Source of the DNA: Thermoplasmataceae archaeon
Lineage (GTDB): Archaea; Thermoplasmatota; Thermoplasmata; Thermoplasmatales; Thermoplasmataceae
Direction of reading: 5' to 3'
Assembly (NCBI GenBank): GCA_038729425.1
Contig: JAVYSB010000001.1
Coordinates: forward strand, 143,927-207,926
Length of the DNA: 64,000 nt
In this document: positions 19,738 through 28,472 of the stretch, one piece after another
Layout of the letters: each line of letters begins with the position of its first letter
Position numbering within the stretch: the stretch's first letter is position 1
Position numbers and translations under genes: made by a program
Notes under the pieces: model-generated
Databases searched by the model: none
Seen by the model: the letters and a program-made list of their open reading frames with translations, nothing else
What the model was told of the DNA's origin: nothing

Positions 19738-20331
19738 ATGGATCAGCTAACTGGTGCACTGAAATGGAACAGTGTCGATCTAAAATATATAATGGTGAAG
19801 AACAGTGATGGCCTGAAAGACGTTGTCCTGTTGCTCGATCCCATTGGTCATGTGAGAGACATTGAACACCTCGAGATAGTCAGGAAGGCTCAAGGCCTCA
19901 ATCTTAATTTGCTGGTGATTTTACCTGAGATTAAGGCTGAAGTTGGGAGCCATGTTGAACCCCTTTCTGAATCGTTTTCTTTTGCCTGCAGCAACTTGGG
20001 TCTGGAATCCCCTGTTCTTATAGGCAGCGGCTACGCGGCACTCGCAATTATAGTATCCCTAGTTAACAGAAAGGTTGGATCTTCTGGATTCATAGCAATC
20101 TCCCCTGAATACAGTGAAGGTATCTTTTCACTCCTCTACAGAATAGAAGAACCCGTCTGGTACATATATGGACGGGGGGGTCCTGTTGAGGAGGAAAGGG
20201 TTATGTTTCGGTATCATGATCTCACAGCCGGTTCGAGGCTTGTAAAAATTTCAGGAAACGCAAGGGATATATTTGTGGAACGGCCATCGCAATTTATTAG
20301 CCTTCTCGCCGATTACCTTGATCATGTCTGA
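19738..20331 (+). CDS. Hypothetical protein (197 aa), vaguely alpha/beta-hydrolase-like but without a GxSxG nucleophile
   Basis: Clean ORF. VLIGSGYAALAI sits where a nucleophile elbow would be. The 3' end overlaps the next gene by 8 nt. Confidence 0.4.
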   Translation: MDQLTGALKWNSVDLKYIMVKNSDGLKDVVLLLDPIGHVRDIEHLEIVRKAQGLNLNLLVILPEIKAEVGSHVEPLSESFSFACSNLGLESPVLIGSGYAALAIIVSLVNRKVGSSGFIAISPEYSEGIFSLLYRIEEPVWYIYGRGGPVEEERVMFRYHDLTAGSRLVKISGNARDIFVERPSQFISLLADYLDHV

Positions 20332-20734
20332 ATATAAGTCCGTGCTAAAAATCCAGGTCCGTTATGGCGACATGGACACCCTTGGCCACGCTAACAATGC
20401 AGTCTATTTCACTTATTTCGAACTGGGGAGGATCGATCTTCTCAGGAAGAACGGACTGTTGCGTGAAATTGAGAGTATAAACTTCGTACTTGCTAGGGTC
20501 GAGGCTGACTATCTCAAACCAATAACGCTGTTCTCGATGCCCGTCCTAGAAACTTATATATCCAGAACAGGGAATACAAGCGTAACGTTCGATCATGTAA
20601 TACTCGAACTCGGTACAGAAGAGGTCTACTGCAGGGGTAAGACCATCGCAGTGTTCATGAAAGACGGCCAGAAAACTCCTGTTCCCGTGGAAATCAGGAG
20701 AATTGCGTCAGATCATGCCGGAGCCATGCTGTAA
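20324..20734 (+). CDS. 4HBT/YbgC-type acyl-CoA thioesterase
   Basis: VRYGDMDTLGHANNAVYFTYFE matches the hotdog thioesterase signature (DxDxxGHVNNxxY). I moved the start to the internal ATG (MSEYK...). Confidence 0.75.
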   Translation: MSEYKSVLKIQVRYGDMDTLGHANNAVYFTYFELGRIDLLRKNGLLREIESINFVLARVEADYLKPITLFSMPVLETYISRTGNTSVTFDHVILELGTEEVYCRGKTIAVFMKDGQKTPVPVEIRRIASDHAGAML

Positions 20735-21351
20735 GGGAGCCAGGCCAACCAGGCAGGCGTGAACGGAATCATGGCCCAAAGTGTGAAATGAATAGCCATG
20801 TCTAAATATATATTCTTCCTGAAATAATAAATTACACCATAGATAAGCCCTATTGAGAACATGTCAATAAGGTAGAATACCGCAAAGAAACCTGGATACG
20901 CTCCCGGAGTTGCTATCAGTACCGAAGAATAGAAGATAGCGTATAAGAAAGCCTGAATTATTGTTGCCATCCCGGATCTGGTAAGAGAGGACAGATAACT
21001 CGTTACAACATACCTGAAATTCAGCTCCTCCAGCAGGACGGGAGCATAGAATGTAACAGTAAGATAAGAGGCACTTTCCCCAGTTACTGCATATAAATAA
21101 TACCAGAGAAATAATACTGTAAGCAGGACAACAACATCTCTAGAAAAGACCAGTTGCCTGATCCTGGCCCCGATATCACCCTGCAGGTAAATTAAAAAAA
21201 TCAAAATGATAGGGGTTGATGTAACATATATCCAGTAAGAATATACGGCCCCGGATAAATATACTGAGAAGAAAAGGAAGAAAATCACAGCCTCAAGGGC
21301 CACGAATAAGAGAATTCTAAGCCTGCGACCTGGCCGCATGATTATCTCCAT
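20713..21351 (-). CDS. CPBP-family intramembrane glutamic protease (CAAX protease/Abi type)
   Basis: It has the LLEELNFRYVV (EExxxR) motif and a later histidine (AIHFTLW) in a polytopic 212-aa protein. Confidence 0.7.
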   Translation of the reverse strand: MEIIMRPGRRLRILLFVALEAVIFFLFFSVYLSGAVYSYWIYVTSTPIILIFLIYLQGDIGARIRQLVFSRDVVVLLTVLFLWYYLYAVTGESASYLTVTFYAPVLLEELNFRYVVTSYLSSLTRSGMATIIQAFLYAIFYSSVLIATPGAYPGFFAVFYLIDMFSIGLIYGVIYYFRKNIYLDMAIHFTLWAMIPFTPAWLAWLPYSMAPA

Positions 21352-22774
21352 ATGAGTTCAAGCTTACATTTGTTGCGATCCACATAACTGGAAGGGATAC
21401 CATCCAGATCGCTATAGCAAGGGTGCTCTGTTCCCCGATCCCGGAGATTCCTTTCCACAGGACGACGTTTCCGATCACTGTAATGTAGAACAGGACAATC
21501 GCAAACATGCTGAACATCATTGTGATAAATTCCAGATACACCCTTTTCTGATTTGGGTCTAATGTTCCATAGACGTAACCGGTAATGACCCCGGCAGCAA
21601 GGCTACTAAAGGTCATAACGGAAAACCATTCGACATATGTATATGCGTAAACAGAAACCGCGGGGATGAACCATGAAAACATGAGACAGAATGACATTAT
21701 CGACATAATATAGACAAATAACGTTCCTATCTTCCTGAATCTGACCACTGTTGAAATGATAGTCGAAATTGTAATGCCCTCAATGAACATTACCAAATTG
21801 ATGGAAACAAAAAAGAAGAGATTTCTTTCCATTCCATAATATATGCCAGTTGTTTCCAAAAGTGGCACTAGAATTAGGAAAACGGCGGACAGTACGTAAG
21901 GAGATACGGTCTTCTTATGAAGCAGTATGAGCTTTAGTCTTAGCCTCCTCCCCTTGATGTAGAAAACCAGAAGAAAAATATTGGTCATGGCAAGCAGGAC
22001 TATGCTTTCAAGTATCAGTGGGATGACCATTACAGAAATAAGCAGGGTTACCGCAGTTGGAAACGCCGCAGTTATGCCCTCACACTGGCAGCTCAGCACA
22101 GAAAGCGCCCCTGAGAGAGTTCCGCTAAAGGCACTTGTTGAAGCGCGCTTCCTGACGTACCGGAATATCAGCGTATAATTCTCTGTGAGGACTGAAGAGA
22201 GCCCAGCAAACAATGCAAGGGTCTGGGAACTTATGGTTAGAACAAAAAGCCTGGAATAAATGACGAGAGACCCAGCAAAGAACGCCGGGACACCGGCAGG
22301 ATTTTCATCATCATAAATGGAACCGACGTACATCACGGGTGAAAATGAAGGGACAAAGTATATCCTCATGAGACCTGAGAGATAAAACATCAGGAAGAAG
22401 ACAGCATAGAATATGGATGCCCTGTAAATCGAGACTTTTCCTTCGTACGCATACTTGTAGAAAATGTAGACATTAGCAGCCAGAGAAATTATCAGGAAAA
22501 TGTCTATATTTGGTACGTAAACGAACACTGAGGCGAGTAGGGCATAGTAGAGCATGGTAAGAAGTGAAAAGTAAAACTGAAGCGTCCTGATTCTCGGATA
22601 TTCAAGCGAAACAACGAAGGGGAAAACCAGAGCCGGAGCTATGATCTCAATGGACTCCAAAAACACGGATTTCTCATATAAGAGGTATCCGGAGGAATGA
22701 CCAAAATAAAATGCGGCAACTACGCTACCCAAGGAGATCAAAGACAGCCAGAGCGATAACTTCCGGACTTTCAT
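21317..22774 (-). CDS. Polytopic membrane protein of unknown function (485 aa, about 12-14 TM)
   Basis: Hydrophobic throughout. There is a single CxC motif (LSCQCEGITAAFP) and very few histidines, which argues against heme A synthase. It has a 4-nt overlap with ctaB upstream and overlaps the CPBP gene downstream. Confidence 0.6.
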   Translation of the reverse strand: MKVRKLSLWLSLISLGSVVAAFYFGHSSGYLLYEKSVFLESIEIIAPALVFPFVVSLEYPRIRTLQFYFSLLTMLYYALLASVFVYVPNIDIFLIISLAANVYIFYKYAYEGKVSIYRASIFYAVFFLMFYLSGLMRIYFVPSFSPVMYVGSIYDDENPAGVPAFFAGSLVIYSRLFVLTISSQTLALFAGLSSVLTENYTLIFRYVRKRASTSAFSGTLSGALSVLSCQCEGITAAFPTAVTLLISVMVIPLILESIVLLAMTNIFLLVFYIKGRRLRLKLILLHKKTVSPYVLSAVFLILVPLLETTGIYYGMERNLFFFVSINLVMFIEGITISTIISTVVRFRKIGTLFVYIMSIMSFCLMFSWFIPAVSVYAYTYVEWFSVMTFSSLAAGVITGYVYGTLDPNQKRVYLEFITMMFSMFAIVLFYITVIGNVVLWKGISGIGEQSTLAIAIWMVSLPVMWIATNVSLNSYGDNHAARSQA

Positions 22775-23658
22775 ATGAAGGCAATCCAGATGGAAACAAG
22801 GATAAACAGTAGATAGTAATTTGAAGCGTGAAATGCCTTTTTGAATCCTTCAAGCTTGTGATCACCCAACATGGAAGATACAACAAAGTAAAGCATTATG
22901 CCATCCATCAGGACAGCAATAGGGAGATAATACATTCCTACCTGGATCTGGTGCACAAATATCGGGAGGATGGAATAAAGCACCAGTATGAGCGTATTGA
23001 TGAAGATCCACTGGCTGCCTCTCTTTATCCCAACCACAGCGGGCAGCATCGGTACTTCAGCCCGGCTGTAATCTTCAGTATTCCCGGCAGCAAGGCTCCA
23101 GAAATGAGTTGGAGTCCAAAGGAACACTAGAAACGCTATAAAGAGGGATGTGAATGATACAGATCCAGTAACGGCAGCCCATCCAGCGAGCGCTGGAAAA
23201 CTACCAGCTATGCCTCCTATCACAATGTTCCATGTCGTCCTGCGCTTGAGGAAGATTGTGTACAGAAATACATAGCTGAGGAAACCCCCGAGGATAAAAA
23301 GAGATGTGAGTGGATTGATCGCAAAATATGCCACAGGCAGAGAGACAAGCACCATTACTATTCCCATTATCAGGTAGGATCTCCTGTTTCCAATGTGGAT
23401 TATCCTGTTTCTTGAGAGGGTTCTTTTCATTCGGCTGTCAATGTCAACATCGTAAACATTGTTGAAAACCGATGCAGACATAGATGCAAGGGTTCCGGAT
23501 ATAAGTAGGGGCACAAGTAGAATTATACGAGATGCTGATGATGGAGCAACCAGAAAGCCTGTTACAGCTACTATGTCTATGAGTACCGTGATTTCAGCCT
23601 TTGTAATTTTCATGAAGTCGCGTACGTTCATTTCAAACCGGCGTTCCTCTATCTCCAA
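22771..23658 (-). CDS. ctaB: Protoheme IX farnesyltransferase (heme O synthase)
   Basis: UbiA-family motif NNVYDVDIDSRMKRTLSRNR in a polytopic 295-aa protein. The start may be the internal MNVRDF... at 23631. Confidence 0.85.
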   Translation of the reverse strand: MEIEERRFEMNVRDFMKITKAEITVLIDIVAVTGFLVAPSSASRIILLVPLLISGTLASMSASVFNNVYDVDIDSRMKRTLSRNRIIHIGNRRSYLIMGIVMVLVSLPVAYFAINPLTSLFILGGFLSYVFLYTIFLKRRTTWNIVIGGIAGSFPALAGWAAVTGSVSFTSLFIAFLVFLWTPTHFWSLAAGNTEDYSRAEVPMLPAVVGIKRGSQWIFINTLILVLYSILPIFVHQIQVGMYYLPIAVLMDGIMLYFVVSSMLGDHKLEGFKKAFHASNYYLLFILVSIWIAFI

Positions 23659-23692
23659 CCTAAATTTAACCTTGCCGAGTCACGTTTCAGTC

Positions 23693-24388
23693 TCATAACT
23701 TCAATCCTGCTTCAACCAGCGAAAGAAACGGGGGAAAAGTTAAAATTCCGTTAATCCCCACCTGCACTAGATTCATGAAGCCTGAGTGCATTCCGCTGAT
23801 ACCCATTGACAAGCCCTGCGCGTCTGGGAAATTAATACCCGTAACTCTATGTTGGGAACCGACAGGCAGTGCTGGGTTTACGGATGGTGATCCACCTGAT
23901 CCTGAACTGGAGTTAACCGGCAGGACATTTATTGTGCCAACCATGGTAGTGGGGTGAACCTCACACCAGTACGTATAGGTGCCAACCGCCAGTGCGTACC
24001 ATTCTCCGGTATAGACGGAACCGGGTATTGGGTTGATAGCTCCGATAACAGAATAATATGCCGCCATGTTTTCATTTGACCCTTTAGCTATGTACAGGTC
24101 GTGTGGCAGAGTGTCTGTTTCAATCACAGTGAATGTTACCACAGTGCCAACCGTGTAGTTGAGTGTAGGATTAATCGGTATGGATCCGTTTGAGTTGCCG
24201 TAACTTGTAGGTGTGTCCCACCCGAGAACATTTGCGTAAAGAGTGGTACTCACCTTGTAAGCAGGATTTGCTGGTATTGTTTGTGAAAGAACGGAAGTAG
24301 GTTGTGGGCTTATGACGAACCCTACAGACCCTGCAACCGCGAGGACAACAATCAACGCGAAGGCAATCCCGCCTTTGTTACCGGGCAT
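23693..24388 (-). CDS. Sulfocyanin-like type-1 blue copper protein (cupredoxin) with an N-terminal membrane anchor
   Basis: The N-terminal TM is IAFALIVVLAVAGSVGFV. The copper ligands are ...LPHDLY... and YWCEVHPTTM (C-x2-H-x3-M). A GGAGGAGG lies just upstream of the ATG. Confidence 0.75.
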   Translation of the reverse strand: MPGNKGGIAFALIVVLAVAGSVGFVISPQPTSVLSQTIPANPAYKVSTTLYANVLGWDTPTSYGNSNGSIPINPTLNYTVGTVVTFTVIETDTLPHDLYIAKGSNENMAAYYSVIGAINPIPGSVYTGEWYALAVGTYTYWCEVHPTTMVGTINVLPVNSSSGSGGSPSVNPALPVGSQHRVTGINFPDAQGLSMGISGMHSGFMNLVQVGINGILTFPPFLSLVEAGLKL

Positions 24389-24390
24389 GA

Positions 24391-26073
24391 TTACTTACCT
24401 CCTCCAGCCACAGCACCTGGGGAAGTTTCAGGGAAGTTTGGCTCGAGCACATTTGATGTATCCGTAGTGGGTGACTTCAGCCAGCTCGAAGCAATATTAT
24501 AGAGGAATATCAGCTGACCTACACCAATTATCAGTCCTCCGAGAATTGCAGTATCCTGGAAAGGCTGGAAAAATGCGAAATATCCGTCGACCGCCCTCGG
24601 CATACCAAGAAACCCTCCAGTGGTCCAGGCAAGTGACATTATCATGGATCCAATCGCTGTCAGTCCGAAATGCCACCTTGCTAGCCTTTCGTTATACTTC
24701 CTTCCACGGGTGAAAGTTGGGAAAAGAACATAGAATGCTGCAAAAGCAATTCCCGTGGTTATACCAAGAAATATGAAGTGGAAGTGACCGGTAACCCAGT
24801 ATGTCCCGTGAACTATTTCATTGACCCCCACGTTACTTTGCATGACACCCGTAATGCCGCCAATGATGAAATCAATGATACCGTTTATTATGAAGAGCAT
24901 GGGCGTTGTCATCCTTATCCTGGTAGCCGTCCACAATGTAGCAATATAGTTAAATACCGTGATGGCCGACGGTATTACAATAAGGAATGATGCGGTGCTG
25001 AAAATGAGGTCCCACATGACACCAAGCCCAGAATTCATTAGATGATGCCCCCAGACCAACATGCTAAGTATGAGCAGTAGTCCAAGTCCTAGTATAGCAG
25101 ATGAACGGCTGTATATTTTCGCACCAGTAAAGGTTGGCAACAATTCATATATTACACCGAAGAAGGGAATAACCGGGATATAGACGATGGGGTGGCCCCA
25201 GAACCAAAACAGGATTGTAAACAAAAGAACGTTACCTGAGGAAGCGACAAAAAAGATTGGATTGAAAAAGTCATAAAACAACATGCCCAATGCTACCACT
25301 ACAGGACCGAGAGAAAGTATGGCAAGGATCATGGTGAATAGAACCGACCACGCAAAGATTGACATATTGTCCAGCCTGACCGAATTACCGCGATCAAGAA
25401 GGATCATCCTAATCACCACTATGCAGATGATAATCAGTGCAACGAATATGAGTTCAAGGCCAATTATCGCTAACCAGTTATCAGCTCCGGCACCATTAAG
25501 CGTAGCTTGAAGTGCAAGAGGAGGATAGAAATACCATCTTGTGGATGTTCTGGAGAGAATTATGAATATTCCGCCTAGGAGCCAGACCCAGTATGCGAAG
25601 GAGGAATAATTCCCCATAGTGTCTCTCTTTATCCTAATTGCTGATGGAAGGAGGTAATATGAAAGTCCGACAGTTATGCCCAGAGCCCACATATATATCA
25701 TAAGTGTAGCATGCTGGGTAAGCACAATATCATACAAATCGGGAGTCAATACAGAGGGTGTCGGCACGGATAGGCTTACCCTAAGCAGGATTCCAAATGC
25801 CCCGGCTATGAAGAAAAAAAGAAGGCTGGTGAATATAAATCTCAGTCCTATACTCTTGGAATCGTTGTACATGAAAATTGACCAGTCTGCGAAGCGCTGC
25901 CTCGATATTAGTTGGTCCCTTGCGTAAGAATCCGGATCTGCATAATCATGGCTCTCTGCGTCGTCAACCAGCGCGTCTCTTCTTGAATTATATAAATAGT
26001 ATATGAAAAACATGACAAGGCCAGCAACAGACAGCCCAAGAGAATACTCAAGCAGCGTAACGTAAAGTGCCAT
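24391..26073 (-). CDS. Heme-copper oxidase subunit I
   Basis: WFWGHPIVYIPVIP (GHPxVY), WGHHLMN and GHFHFIFLG motifs. I set the start at the internal ATG that shares one nucleotide with the subunit II stop (TGATG). Confidence 0.9.
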   Translation of the reverse strand: MALYVTLLEYSLGLSVAGLVMFFIYYLYNSRRDALVDDAESHDYADPDSYARDQLISRQRFADWSIFMYNDSKSIGLRFIFTSLLFFFIAGAFGILLRVSLSVPTPSVLTPDLYDIVLTQHATLMIYMWALGITVGLSYYLLPSAIRIKRDTMGNYSSFAYWVWLLGGIFIILSRTSTRWYFYPPLALQATLNGAGADNWLAIIGLELIFVALIIICIVVIRMILLDRGNSVRLDNMSIFAWSVLFTMILAILSLGPVVVALGMLFYDFFNPIFFVASSGNVLLFTILFWFWGHPIVYIPVIPFFGVIYELLPTFTGAKIYSRSSAILGLGLLLILSMLVWGHHLMNSGLGVMWDLIFSTASFLIVIPSAITVFNYIATLWTATRIRMTTPMLFIINGIIDFIIGGITGVMQSNVGVNEIVHGTYWVTGHFHFIFLGITTGIAFAAFYVLFPTFTRGRKYNERLARWHFGLTAIGSMIMSLAWTTGGFLGMPRAVDGYFAFFQPFQDTAILGGLIIGVGQLIFLYNIASSWLKSPTTDTSNVLEPNFPETSPGAVAGGGK

Positions 26074-26537
26074 CAGGGCACCACCGTCATGTAGCCTCTC
26101 ATTGTGTAGTGACCCTGACCGCAGTATTCCACACAAACAAAATAATAGCTACCAGTATGCGTTGGCGTGAACTGAACAACATTGGTCTGGCCAGGAACTG
26201 CGTAGGATTGTACACCTAATTGGGGAATAAGAAGCGAGTGAATAACCGCGGAACTCGTTTGCGTGGCTGCAGACGTAATTACAAGTGTATATGTTTCGTT
26301 AACTGCTACGTTGAAAGCGTCGTAGGTAGTATTCCCCGTAGAATTCGTAAAGGACCAGAGCCACTGGGTAGCCACAACATCAATTACATTTGGGCCGGTA
26401 GGGATTTTGCCGTAATCGGCCTGGGCAATCTCAGTGGATTGATTCTGCACCACCATAAAATTCCAGTACATTGCAACAGAAATAACCGCAAGTACGCCAA
26501 TCATCCATAGCAGTTCTGTCTTGATCTTCTTGTTCAT
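26073..26537 (-). CDS. Heme-copper oxidase subunit II (CuA domain)
   Basis: CuA motif CVEYCGQGHYTM, plus an N-terminal TM. The start MNKKIK... overlaps the stop of the upstream small ORF (ATGA). Confidence 0.85.
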   Translation of the reverse strand: MNKKIKTELLWMIGVLAVISVAMYWNFMVVQNQSTEIAQADYGKIPTGPNVIDVVATQWLWSFTNSTGNTTYDAFNVAVNETYTLVITSAATQTSSAVIHSLLIPQLGVQSYAVPGQTNVVQFTPTHTGSYYFVCVEYCGQGHYTMRGYMTVVP

Positions 26538-26782
26538 CTGAAGTCCTCCCAATTATGCGATCGATCTGCTTTCTTAAAAACTGGGTAAATCAAAAGTAAT
26601 ATCGTAAGGGCTCCACTTGCTATTCCGGAAGCCATGAAGGGTGCTGCGACTGCGGCTGTCTGGGAACCGGGGTTCCCTCCAAAAAACCTCGCAAAAGAGT
26701 AAGCCAGCAGAAGGTCACTGACGACTCCGATAATTACAGACGCAATAAAGAAAATGAGAATTATCTTAATTTTCTCATCCAT
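26534..26782 (-). CDS. Small two-TM membrane protein, first gene of the oxidase operon
   Basis: MDEKIKIILIFFIASVIIGVVSDLLLAY...AAPFMASGIASGALTILLLIYPVF. I chose the internal ATG at 26782 because a TATA-like box sits about 25 nt upstream and the longer N-terminal extension is AT-rich. Confidence 0.5.
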   Translation of the reverse strand: MDEKIKIILIFFIASVIIGVVSDLLLAYSFARFFGGNPGSQTAAVAAPFMASGIASGALTILLLIYPVFKKADRSHNWEDFR

Positions 26783-26802
26783 AAATGTGTGATACACCTG
26801 CT

Positions 26803-26810
26803 TTATATAA
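26803..26810 (-). promoter_or_regulatory. TATA-like box of the oxidase operon
   Basis: The minus strand reads cTTATATAAag, 21-28 nt upstream of ATG 26782. Confidence 0.4.
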
Positions 26811-27197
26811 GTCTTTTCGAAATTGATGTCGGACAATTGCTCGGTAAACCTTATTTTAACGTAGTCTACATATAAAAAGTGTAAAATATAATTAGAATCA
26901 ATCACTGTCGTCTATCACCAGAGTCGTCAAATCAGCAACAATTTAATATATTCAAACACGCAGAATTCGTTGTGAATTGCTAAAAATACGATTCGATAGA
27001 TAATAATGTTCCGAGGAATCGGTTCATAAAGGGAAATTAGAAATTAAGCGACGAATGTAAAAAATGTGTATCATACACCCAATACGCGTCAAGATTTTAA
27101 GCATTAAGGAAACTTTGCCATTCTTATAAAAACCTGAACTTAGTATATTGGATCTCAAGCCATTGGTCACTATACTCTAAAAATAGGGAATGGTAAT

Positions 27198-28355
27198 TTA
27201 ATCCATATCTCTCGTTGCAACCTTGAGTTTTTCCTTTTTCTTGGGTTGATCTATGTCTTCGAAGCTTCCGCTCATACTTTCAAGCACCTTTGGAAGTGTG
27301 GTGTATTCCATATCCTCATCCGGCAGTCTGTGAGGTTCGAAGGGCCCCATTCTCCTCATGTAGTCAACAATATTTACGGCTGTTTTTCTTGCTCCATCGA
27401 AAGCTGGATCATCAAACATATCCACAGGACCTGAAAGAAGGCCGTCCTTCAGAACAAACCCGAGGGCAACGACTCTTGGAGGGCCGTCAAATCTTGTCAT
27501 CTTGGCGTCCTTCATCCCGACAGGCATAAGTGGCCCGTTAAACGATCCTCTCATCCAGCCTGACACGAGAAACGGATACGAAAAGGCCTCAAGAGATTCA
27601 CCGGCAGCAGGGAGTCCCGATTGCAACCTTACTATTCCAGCGGGATCATCCTTTCCAACATATTCGCCGGCAATGAAAGACAACTTGTCCGTGGAAATTA
27701 CCGCAACGTTCTCGTCAGGGAGTTTCTCATGAGATGGTTTGGTATACACCCTCTTAATCACGTATTTGCTCTTGGATCCTATCATCGCCAGAATGTCGTA
27801 CGTCCTTTCCGGACTAGGAAGAAAGATCCTCTTTGCTTTCATTATGTCCCATATTTCAAAAATAAAGCCTTCATGCATGTTAGGGTCAATCACCAAGCCC
27901 GGTGTGTTAAACGGATCCGAAAACATTTTGAAAATAGGGTAATTGAAAGCTCCAGGTTCTGTCTTATCCATCATATAAACAATAAAAGGTTCGGATTTCC
28001 TTGGGGATATCTCCATTTCCGCAATTCCCGGTCCCATCCCTTTAATGTTTCCGGAGAAAGCATCTTTTAAGAGATCCTGCCCCGCACCGTACAAACCGAA
28101 CTTCTTCGCCACCGCAGTACCAGCTTTAAATGCTTCCCAGGCAAGTCCGTGGACTTGTGAATTATCAATTCCGAGACCATGAATCATGGTTATCTGTATA
28201 TCATCTCCAACGTGGGATATCCTGTAATCTGATAGAATTCCCTTACTGTGATCCCTTACATAACCGTCAACTGCCTCAACTACTGGAGCAAAAACGCTCG
28301 AATGGCCGGGCAAACTTCCTATATCTGCTTTAATATGGGAAATAGTAGTTTTCAT
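27198..28355 (-). CDS. fbp: Fructose-1,6-bisphosphate aldolase/phosphatase (class V FBPase)
   Basis: N-terminus MKTTISHIKADIGSLPGHS. The 385-aa length is characteristic of the archaeal bifunctional enzyme. Confidence 0.9.
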   Translation of the reverse strand: MKTTISHIKADIGSLPGHSSVFAPVVEAVDGYVRDHSKGILSDYRISHVGDDIQITMIHGLGIDNSQVHGLAWEAFKAGTAVAKKFGLYGAGQDLLKDAFSGNIKGMGPGIAEMEISPRKSEPFIVYMMDKTEPGAFNYPIFKMFSDPFNTPGLVIDPNMHEGFIFEIWDIMKAKRIFLPSPERTYDILAMIGSKSKYVIKRVYTKPSHEKLPDENVAVISTDKLSFIAGEYVGKDDPAGIVRLQSGLPAAGESLEAFSYPFLVSGWMRGSFNGPLMPVGMKDAKMTRFDGPPRVVALGFVLKDGLLSGPVDMFDDPAFDGARKTAVNIVDYMRRMGPFEPHRLPDEDMEYTTLPKVLESMSGSFEDIDQPKKKEKLKVATRDMD

Positions 28356-28472
28356 GATATCCTTTTCTTATGGAATTAACAATTAAAAACTTTCTCTATA
28401 TTTCGGGCATACAAATATAATATGCGCACTGATCGCAGAAAAACTAAATAATAGAATCTCAATGAGCGTCAG

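Noticed and set aside
27066-27078. Perfect 6-bp inverted repeat gtgtat-c-atacac in the spacer upstream of the oxidase operon.
   Set aside because: It is more than 250 nt upstream of the proposed TATA box, it is short, and it occurs only once. It could be a regulator site, but nothing supports that.
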